From Chrysomallon squamiferum (lineage: Eukaryota > Animalia > Mollusca): 64,000 nt of DNA. Shown in pieces: positions 54,291 to 64,000 of the stretch. The notes under the pieces were generated by a model that ran no database searches, was not told where the DNA came from, and worked only from the letters and a program-made list of their open reading frames with translations. The position numbers were made by a program, and so were the translations under genes. The stretch is from NCBI GenBank assembly GCA_012295275.1, contig CM022672.1, positions 21,266,001 through 21,330,000 on the forward strand, read 5' to 3'. Position 1 is the stretch's first letter. The number at the start of each line of letters is the position of its first letter.

Positions 54291-55106
54291 CTGAATGTAT
54301 TAAACAGAATAATAAATTATGTGTATATAATTATCTTTATAATATGTTTATTTGCTTTTGTTATTTTTTGTTTTCATCTCATCTTATGTTATGTAATGTT
54401 ATGGACGTACAGTATTGCATATATATATATATATATATATATTGTATTGTATTGTATTGTGTGTGTGTGTATATAAGTATGCATGTACGAATGTTTATGT
54501 ATATGTGTATATATAAGTATGTAGGTATGTATAGATTATGTATGTATGCATGGAAGTATCCATGCGTGTAAATGCACATAAATATGTAATCAGACAATAT
54601 CTCAGCAAACGAAGAATTTTACTGAAAACTAAATCAAAGAGGATTTAAAAAAATCAATCACAGCAGACACAAAACTGTTGAAAACTTTTCCTATCTCTGG
54701 CATGGAGGCGTTTCTGCTCGGAGACTGTTTATAAAAATGCATTGATCAGTAAAATTTGAAAGTGTCTGTGATGTGACATAAGCGTCTATATGGATCAAAG
54801 CATGATTTATTCGCCATGTGTTGCCATTATTAACAATGGCGCCTTTTGACACCAGTAAGTCATTATTTGTAACCAGCGACGGATTGGGAGAAATAGCTTA
54901 ACAGTCACACGACAAATAAAATTTAAAGCATTATTTGATCGATCATAATCGCGGGGAATGTTTTCCAACGGGGTCAGTGATTGCGAAATACACAGACAAT
55001 GTGTGGATTAACACGTGTAGTTAATTTACTGTTTGGATTTTAATACCGCTGATCTTGATAATCGAGCTGAATACAGAAATTATTGTTATTCAATAAATGC
55101 TGAAAG

Positions 55107-55143
<37 letters not shown>

Positions 55144-56954
55144 GCATAGTTGTCGTAATAAATGTATTTTAATATATGAATTCAAAGAACCTGGTCGAGC
55201 GGGTTATCTTCACTAAAGATTAAAGAACATTAGGTTTGTCAAGGGCTCATAATTTAAAACTGTTATCTGCTTAATACTGTGTTAGTGACGGTCGTACTTA
55301 AGGTATTAGTTAGAAACACGTGGGTATAATAATTATTAGTTCTGTTATAGCCAGAATCGGCATTCGATCCCAGAACTTCAGCTTGGTAAAGATAACATAA
55401 ACCACTGTGATATATAAGGCTTTCGTCTCAAAGATATTGCTTGATATTTTCTAACTTTCCTTGATGTATTAATTTAGAAAAACAAATAGTTCCTTCTAAT
55501 TATCTTCTACTCTGATCTTTAAAACTGTCCAGTATGAGTCGTAGAACTTCCGATTCTCTAGACCGCTTACTACATTTAATTGTGAACATACATAACTGTC
55601 GTGATATATGAAAAGTAAACGCTGTTTGTCCCTTCTTCGATTTCACATGGAACTATTTATCTTTGCGCTCGGCTTTCTAATTTACACAGTTCCATATCTA
55701 CGCCTCCTGTAAGCCGACCTAACACATCTTTCGAGACTACAGAGAGCGGAAATAAAACGCACGAGCGCGACGACTGCGCGTGACGTTTCCCTCCAAGAAA
55801 AGGACGTATTAAACCCCAGATACACACCACTCTGCATCGCAAATAATACAAATTCTTCGTGACAGGCTAATGAAAAATCCGTTATATAGTTTTCTTCGCC
55901 TTCTTTTTGAGTAGCCATTGACGGAATAACGCACGTTCAAATATTTTAGATCCTAGAGCAGAGGAAATTACTTGTGCTATCCCTGTTGAATTAGGTGAAA
56001 TACTATTTCATCTCTTCAAGATTTGTTCAGATTATCCCATTTTACTGGCCTAAATTGTAATTAGATGTTTACGTTACGTGTCAAAACGGGCTCCAGAAAT
56101 AATGGTGCTTTGCGAACTTTTTGTGTTATTCATATGTCCCAACACCATTAACCTCCCTTTACTAGCTGTAATTGACTACCATGGAGGCAATATTTAATTA
56201 AATAATCCTTCAGTGCATACAAAAACAAGCGTTATCATTTCTTGTTCTTTTCTTTTTACTTTTTTATTATTATTTTTATTTTTAATTTTTTAATTTTTTA
56301 ATTTTTTAATTTTTTGAAGATATTGTCGAATAGTACAGATTCTTAAACACTTAAATTGCAATTTTTTAAATTTTAATTTTAAATTTAAATTTAAATTCGT
56401 TATAATTTATATATATATATATATATATATTATGACATGGATGGTAAATATATTCAGTGAGAAAGAAAAAATTACATTATAAACAAATTCTGTGAGTGCA
56501 TAAATGATTGTTATAGTATAGCTATAATAATAAATTTATTTCAATACATGCATTCAAAGAACTTTGTCAACAAGTTTAGTTCCAATAAAAGAATACGTGT
56601 TAAAGCTGAAATAGTCGTTGAAAAATAGCATTCCAAAATGACTTATTAAGCTCTATAAAAAAAAAAAATTAAATTACAGGGAATTTATATTTTAAGTTTA
56701 ATTTGTTTTTATATTGTTACGTTTATTGTCGTAAACATTTCAAAAAAATAATCACAGCTGAATCGTTTGAGGGTGCACGATTCTCTTTTATTTGTCTAGG
56801 TTACTGTACTGTAAAATGTGTTAAATTAACACGTTTAAGCCGCTTTCACACAACCCGATACATGAACAAATCTTCCTCAATTTTATGTAACCGACTGATT
56901 GTCGTCAAACCTTCTTTCTTTTCTTTTTCTTTTACCCCTCGTCAGAAATCTTTA

Positions 56955-56985
<31 letters not shown>

Positions 56986-57311
56986 TTTACATTAGGATCA
57001 TGGTATCCATCATCAGATAGGAAGACATTTATTTTTTTTTAAAAACCCTTTGAAGAAGCAACACTTATCTACCAAAAGCTTGCCAGCAGTGATAACTACA
57101 CGTTTATTAGAGAAAGCCACGACATATGATCTAGTGTCATACTGCAGGTGCGACACTTCACACAAACTATTGAGTTACGATCGTACTTGGAACATTTGAC
57201 TGCGCTTTTCAAACATGATTCTGCAGCGCTTATGCATGATCTTGTGTTGCATGTGGTATGTGTTTTTTTTTTTATTAAAGCGTTAAAACTATTTGTTATT
57301 TTTATTACTAT

Positions 57312-57349
<38 letters not shown>

Positions 57350-58032
57350 TGAGAGTTTTGTTCTCGAGAGTTAAAAATATTTGTTGTTGTTAATGTTTTT
57401 AATACGCGGTTTTAATGCGTTTGGTTCTAAATATTCAAGATTTAAGACTATTTTGATGGTATTTAAATTTTTAATAGGAGATTTTAATCCATATTGTTGT
57501 ACGATATTTAAGCATTAAGAATATTTGTTATTACTGTTTGTATTAATGTGTTTTATCCTCCAGATTCAAGCATATAAATGCATATATTAGAATATATGTT
57601 ATTGTTTTTACATTTTTTATATGTGCAGTTTTTAAGGGTATAGATATGCAGAAGTGTTGTTTTATTTTTAAGTCCAGTACTTAAGGAAAGAAAGGATAAA
57701 TTTAGCCATGTTTCAGAGTCACAGACTCCAGTCATAACTATTCAAATTGCTGTACATAAGTAAAATTAACCATATTTTAGTATCACAGACTTCAGGAATA
57801 AATATTCGTATTGCTGTACTACCTAATCAATTATTATCTCACTGAAACGTTGATCTTACCTGAGTTTCGGTTAGTCCTAGCTTTGTGGCCAGTTCTTTTC
57901 TTTCCTGTCCAACGACATAGTGGTTTTTGTCAAAGGCATCGTCCAGTTTCAGCAGCTGACTGGGAGAAAATGCAGTGCGTATCCTTTTGGGTTTGCGGTA
58001 GGGATGAAAGAGAAAGCCTGGGTCTGTGCAGC
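54126..58032 (-). CDS. Emx: Emx-family homeobox gene, upstream tandem copy (Emx-b); 5'-partial CDS join(58032-57860, 54290-54126); exon 1 not found in window
   Basis: Spliced homeodomain [60 protein letters not shown]. Same exon-2 length (173 nt), phases and intron position as Emx-a. No stops or frameshifts. Not annotated in this frame by the ORF track. Confidence 0.93.
55350..55420 (-). mobile_element. Decayed tRNA-like sequence / tRNA-derived SINE head in Emx-b intron 2
   Basis: 71 nt on the minus strand, GCC...GGC. A-box-like TATCACAGTGG and B-box-like GGGATCGAATGCC at tRNA spacing, but stems are disrupted. Confidence 0.35.
57860..58032 (-). CDS. Emx: Emx-b coding exon 2 (173 nt)
   Basis: Acceptor ttatcacag|GC, donor CAG|GTAAGA. 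Translates [58 protein letters not shown]. Confidence 0.95.
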
Positions 58033-58324
58033 CTGTGATAAATTTAAACAGTTAATATACTGAAATAAAGATTTCAATTTTTTTCAGTCTCTAATCTCTC
58101 TAATACAGACTAATTATTTTGTTACTAATGCTGAAATGAAACTGGTTAAAGAAGTAATGTTAGTTTTAATAATGATTTTTTCACTGTCATATTATATGGA
58201 ATAATTTGAGGAAGTTTAATATTAATTGGTATTTGAAGAACGTATGTTTTAATTTATGTGTATTACTGAATGTATTTGTATGGTATATATGTATATTAAT
58301 ATGCATGTTTTAAATGGTATTTAA

Positions 58325-58376
<52 letters not shown>

Positions 58377-59031
58377 CTACAACTCTGCAAGTGTCTGCAA
58401 AGATTGTGAATGCATGATTATTCACATATTTGAATGAATGAATTTGCGTTACAATATATCTGAATTCAAACTACGTTTTTCTTCCTTTTTTTTTTTTTCT
58501 TCTAATTTTTCTCTAAAGATACGACAACAAAAGAAAACTTTCTCCTTACAGACAATACAAAGAAAAGACGTGCGATATCGAGTTGACAAAACAACGATTC
58601 GAGTATTTAACAAAGTCCAACAAAATCAAGCAGAAGAAACGTTTACTCAAACGTGTATTTAAACAGATTTGCATAGGCAAATAAAACTATAAAGAAGAAA
58701 CACATTGATTATCGTCCTTGGCTTAGACTGGTTACAGGCTGGATGGACAACGTAATTAAGAATGTCGATAACACGCCATCATTATAAGGTATAACAAAAA
58801 AAAAAAGAAGATATATTTAAAAATTCGTCGACTGGTTAAATTAATTACTCCTCTGGTGTGTGCAAACAGTGAGAAATCTTCAGATGGGAGGCGCTGTATT
58901 GATCGAGACACGAAGAGTTTTCCCTCATTACGCGTTAATTGCGCGCATGTTTATTTGTGGCACTTCTTGTCGCTGAACCGCGTGTGCGACCCTGTGAGCC
59001 TAAATACTTATACTGCAGGTTCTGTTGTCGT

Positions 59032-59135
59032 CCGAGGTTATCGTGTGCAACCCGCTTGTACTTGGAGGTCACCGTGTGCAAGCGCCACAGTTCGGAGGTC
59101 ATCGTGTGTAATCGCCATTAATCGGAGGTTATCAC
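59032..59135. repeat. Degenerate ~30-bp tandem repeat, core GAGGTYAYCGTGTGYAA, 3.5 copies
   Basis: ccgaggttatcgtgtgcaa / tggaggtcaccgtgtgcaa / cggaggtcatcgtgtgtaa / cggaggttatc at ~30-bp intervals. Confidence 0.85.
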
Positions 59136-59993
59136 TGATATCATGAATATTCTTCTCTCGTAATAGAAATAACTGTTAAGGTTGTTGTTGTTTTTGTTTG
59201 TTTGTTTGGGGTTTTATTAAATTTTGCTGTTGTTGTTGTTGTTTTTGGAGGGTCTGGGGAAGGGGGATTCTTTTTTTTTTTTTTTTTTTTTCAATTATTC
59301 CCATAGCTTTGTACGTTAATAGTCGGTGTGTATTTATCTTTTTAATAAGACAATTAAATAACTAAATGAATTTATCATTTAATTATTTTAATATTCAGAT
59401 TATCTTCTTAAACAATTATTATTAATTTAGAATCACCCACAGAAATGGATTTAACACGAACCAGTTCAACCCAGCATTATTAGCTTCGCTAGAGTATAAG
59501 CAGAGCAGTCTACCCTATCAATATAAGCTACAAGCACTGCAGTTCGCTTCGACTGTATATATATATAAGTCATATTCCTTAAAATAATTAACTATAAAAA
59601 TAAAATAATAAAACGGACCACGAACCTATCGCCTATTCACTAATCTCTAACCAAGATAGCATAACCTAAAACAACGGACCTATGTTTAATTAGTACGTAA
59701 ACAACCTATGATAGACTGAAGAGCCGGCCCTGTCATACTGTATTAATTCTGTGCATTCATACAATATGTGTTTCAGCCTTCAGCCACTATACCACGAATA
59801 TTTGAAGAAGAAAAAAAAAAAAAGGTCTGCCAACCTCTTCTTCACCGCGTAAGATAAATTTCGAGTGCAGCTTTTACGATAATTAAGTGTGACGTGACAC
59901 ATTGCAAAGCTGTCATATTATTTCAAGAATTTGTCAAAATTGACGGCTTTTCTTAAATAATAAAAAAAAACAACATAAAAAGTGAATGTTAAC

Positions 59994-60095
59994 TCGGGTG
60001 GTCTCGAACTCCGTCAGCAACCTCGGGTGGTCTCGGAGCACGCGTTCGCAAATTCGGGTGGCGTCGGAAAGTGTTCTTGTCTTCGGGTGGTCTCG
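59994..60095. repeat. Four copies of TCGGGTGGTCTCG separated by dissimilar 16-18 nt spacers (period 29-31 bp)
   Basis: Copies start at 59994, 60023, 60054 (variant TCGGGTGGCGTCG) and 60083. Confidence 0.9.
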
Positions 60096-61045
60096 TAACA
60101 TACTTGCGAACACAAAGACAACAAAACTGCAGAATGGACTTTTATATTTGGATTTGTGTAACTAAAAAAGACTCACTGACAACTGTATTTAAAAAAAAAG
60201 ATGACAAGTGTATGACATATTTTTCTGTCAATTTTCTTTCGAATCGCACTCTAAATCTGTGCTAATAGATTGCTTTCAACAATGGTACTTAAGTTAGATA
60301 CATTCTTTCACCTACGTAGGTTTCAGTTCAGCAGAATAAATTAATATTCCTCGAGTAGATCCGTTTTCATTCTTTTGACGCAGTCTCCCATGAAAAAGAA
60401 AAAAGCTCTTCTTTCTTTTCAAGTGAGGTTCTCATGCTTAATGGGAGGAAATTAAACATACTATGAAAAGATAGTCGCTCTTCGGGTGCTAATGCGCCTT
60501 AATAACGCCCACAGATTATTTAAGTCTTTTTGAAACTGTCGACAAACGCAACGCTGTGTACATTCGTGTTGGCAAATGCACCTAGGTTATTTACGCGAAC
60601 CTGTCAGCCATACACCAGTCAACAAATTGTGTATGAGGAGTACAGTAATCGAATATAGAAAGGGTTAGGGTGATAATGAGAAACTTTACCACATGGGAAG
60701 TATGTATTTATTCCCATCGTTTTAGCGGTTGATCATCATTTAAAAAAAAAAAAAGGAAAAAAAGGAAATTAAAAAATTGAATGTTATCTTAAAAGAAACT
60801 AAAGAAAAAGAAAAAAGAGTTTGTTTAGTATCTGATCCAGAATAATTGAATGAGGGGTTTCTTTGCTGAAAGGAATAATTATAATTTTAAAGCTGAAATA
60901 ATTTCTTTATTTAAAAAAAAAAAAAAAAAATAGAATAAAATAAAATATATATATTATTTCCTTGTATTCAGCTTAAATCGAGTTTAATAATGCTCTCAGT
61001 CTCTCACACTGTTATTTTTATTTATTTATTTATTTATTATCCCTA

Positions 61046-61078
<33 letters not shown>

Positions 61079-62092
61079 CATTAAAAGAAAATTAACATTT
61101 ATTCAGATGCCAAATTCCACAAATAATATATGACTCCATTTTAAAGCACTATCTTGTAAGGTAACCGCCGGGGCGTGCTCTTCCGAGACACCACGTAGCG
61201 TTGTTATTAACGACCGCTGTCATGGTAATGTTATTCTGCTGCTGATTACGTCCACAAATGTCCACAACGTCACGCAGTAATCCAATGAGAACTGTATCAA
61301 AGTGACGATCTGCTCAATTGAAAGCGTTTATCTTTCATCTCCGTCGTTATTGGATCTCGTACGATCTCGCATAATCTCTCAGATAACCCAACTGCTAAGC
61401 TGCAGAACTGTCGTCTGCGGGACTGTTGTTTTACAAGATGGCGTCAACCCCCCCTTTTGATGGATTCACCACCGTGGTAATATTGATAATGTGAGGTTAA
61501 TTGGACCAATTGACTTTTAACACTGGTGATAAGTAACCAGTGAACCGTGTCTTGGGTTACCCTCTGTGATCTTTGTGCCGAAAGTGTCGTGTTGATTGAT
61601 GCTATTAAATAATAATTATGAACCGCATGTTGCACTTAGACATCCAATCAAAATAACTTACGGAATAATAATTATTATTATGACACCACGTTTTTTGTAA
61701 TCATCCATTCAAATACCTGGCTGCGTTCGTTTGTTAATAATTAATGATTCCATGTTTTTTTTGTAATCGTCCAAACAAACAGCTTGATGTATTCGTATTT
61801 GATGTGGTTTACGATTATCGAAAATACTGCAATTCTTTTATAATTATTATTATTAATTTTGTAATTGAATCATTTGTCAAATATTTCAATTTTTTTCTTT
61901 TAGAATAACTGACTTTTTTTCTTAGTTGTTTCTTAAATGCTTAGGATGTTTCTTCATTATAAAACATATCTGTATGCTACCTTTTATCCTTTTTTCAATC
62001 TTAGTTAAAGTTTGCTATTTCTGAAATTTTATTTTATTATTTACTTGCTTACTTATATATTTTTTATTATAAGAGTATAAACAACCAAAAAC

Positions 62093-62125
<33 letters not shown>

Positions 62126-62870
62126 CGTTTAACAAAATTTAATAGTAATAATAATAATAACATTAAAAACTACTTTAATACTATTGATAATAATAATATT
62201 ATTAACTCTTAATGGTCAAAATAAACTTACTAACATATGATTTATTATCTTTTATCTTTTATCTGGGTGTTAATAAATATTTGTATTAACAGAATTATTT
62301 TAATAATAAATTTCGGATAAGCTAGAACGTAGATATCAATATTAACTCTGTGCGTGCGTGCGTGCGTGTGAATTTATATCTGTATATATACAAACATAAC
62401 ATATACATGCAGATATAAGTAATTCTGTAATCAGATATTACAGAATATTTAGTTTAGTTATTATTCATTATATTTTAATATTATATAAATTGTAGGAATC
62501 AGTTAATATCTTAAATATTTTTTCTTTATTGATAGTGATAGAAAGTTATTTAAAAAAAAAAAAAAAATTATTTATAAATGTATTATTATTAACTGATCGA
62601 TAGATAGAGAGACAGATACAAAACATGCGCGCACATATGTGTTATCTTTTAATGTCTAGTTTTTCTTTTCGTTTTCTGTTTTGATGAGTGTTATTGTTTG
62701 GGGAGTTTTTTTGTGTGTTTTTTTTTTTTTTTTTTGCTTGTTTTCTTTTATTTGTATTTTCTTTTCTTTTTTTCAACATTTTTTTTTTTTTAATTTTTTT
62801 TTTTGTTTCTTAATATAACTTGGAGAAAACATTCACTGGATAGTTCTATGCAAAATAACAGCGACAAATG

Positions 62871-62893
62871 ATTATTATTATTATTATTATTAT

Positions 62894-62981
<88 letters not shown>

Positions 62982-63226
62982 GCTACTACTACTACTACTA
63001 CTACTACTAGTACTATTTAATTAATTAATTAATAAATTCAGATATGCAAAAAAAATATCTTAAAAATGTAACATGCTATTAATGTATTAAAATGACAAAT
63101 GTATATATTATATTTTACTACTACTACTACTACTAACCACTACAACTGGGTACTATTATCATCGTCATGGTTCTATTACTATCATTAATACTATTACTAC
63201 TACATTACAACAGCCACCTCCTTGCT

Positions 63227-63272
<46 letters not shown>

Positions 63273-63280
63273 TTACTAAT
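62871..63280. repeat. (TTA)n(CTA)n microsatellites
   Basis: Direct reading. Confidence 0.9.
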
Positions 63281-63933
63281 ACCACAACTTGCACTATTTC
63301 TATTATTCTATGATTCATCATCATCACTATTATTCTCTGATTATAAGTTAATACCTAAATCGTTAGATTAGAAAACATCTGCTACCTATGTGTCACTCAG
63401 TCAAATGAATGTAAAGTAGCTGACGTTTAAATTCCTCTGATATTTTCGTTTCTCTCAAATATGTTCAAAACTACAGAGAAAAATTTAACTGTCGTTTTAT
63501 TTTATACTGTTTAATATTATTTTATTTTATTTTTTTTATTATTTTTTTATTTTAAATTTTATTTTTTTTTTTTTTTTTATTTTTTTTTTTAATTACTAAA
63601 TTAAATTTGTTTTTATTTTTACAACATTCTGATTTAATTTCAGCTTAGTTTAGTTATTACTAATATTTTTCTACAATAATTAAAAAGTTTTCAAATGAAA
63701 TACAGAGAAGAAGATGAAAGACAATAGGAAATATTATTATCATTAATAATTATAATAAAAGCAACAATAACAAAAATAATAATGAAAAAGAATGGTGATT
63801 ATAATACTACTTCTACTTCCCTCACTGTTGGTGAAAATACCAATACTGTTGTTACCAGTATCATTGTTGTTCGTGCTGGCGCTAATAATTATCATTAAGA
63901 TTAATAATAATAACAATAATAATAATAATTATA

Positions 63934-63965
<32 letters not shown>

Positions 63966-64000
63966 TACTGTGGTTGTTGTAGTTGTTGTTGTTGTTGTTA

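Noticed and set aside
59994-60095. CRISPR-like repeat-spacer layout
   Set aside because: Eukaryotic intron, 13-nt non-palindromic repeat, 16-18 nt spacers, no cas genes. Kept as a regulatory array instead.
58033-64000. Emx-b exon 1
   Set aside because: No minus-strand ORF with an eh1 motif or a phase-1 donor after an HRF-like peptide was found. Emx-a intron 1 is 5922 nt, so exon 1 beyond the window is plausible.

Overview
Eukaryotic (animal) genomic DNA: very AT-rich, dense in microsatellites, with GT-AG introns. The only protein-coding content I can support is a tandem, same-strand (minus) pair of Emx/empty-spiracles homeobox genes, reconstructed by hand from splice sites. The downstream copy (here Emx-a) is complete: 3 coding exons at 36419-35981, 30058-29886 and 28307-28071, giving 282 aa with an eh1 motif and a homeodomain. 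The upstream copy (here Emx-b) has exons 2 and 3 in the window (58032-57860, 54290-54126); I found no exon 1, so it probably lies beyond 64000. Nearly all other ORFs in the track are microsatellite or chance ORFs. The rest is non-coding: CpG-containing islands of complex sequence separated by simple repeats, consistent with a developmental-gene regulatory landscape. The most striking unexplained signals are (1) two related arrays with ~30-bp period in Emx-b intron 1, one made of near-consensus Gli/Zic sites, (2) a 37-nt identical block shared by the otherwise synonymously diverged paralogues at the exon 3 acceptor, and (3) a tight CRE/bZIP cluster upstream of Emx-a. The organism cannot be fixed from sequence alone; an invertebrate bilaterian such as a mollusc is a guess.
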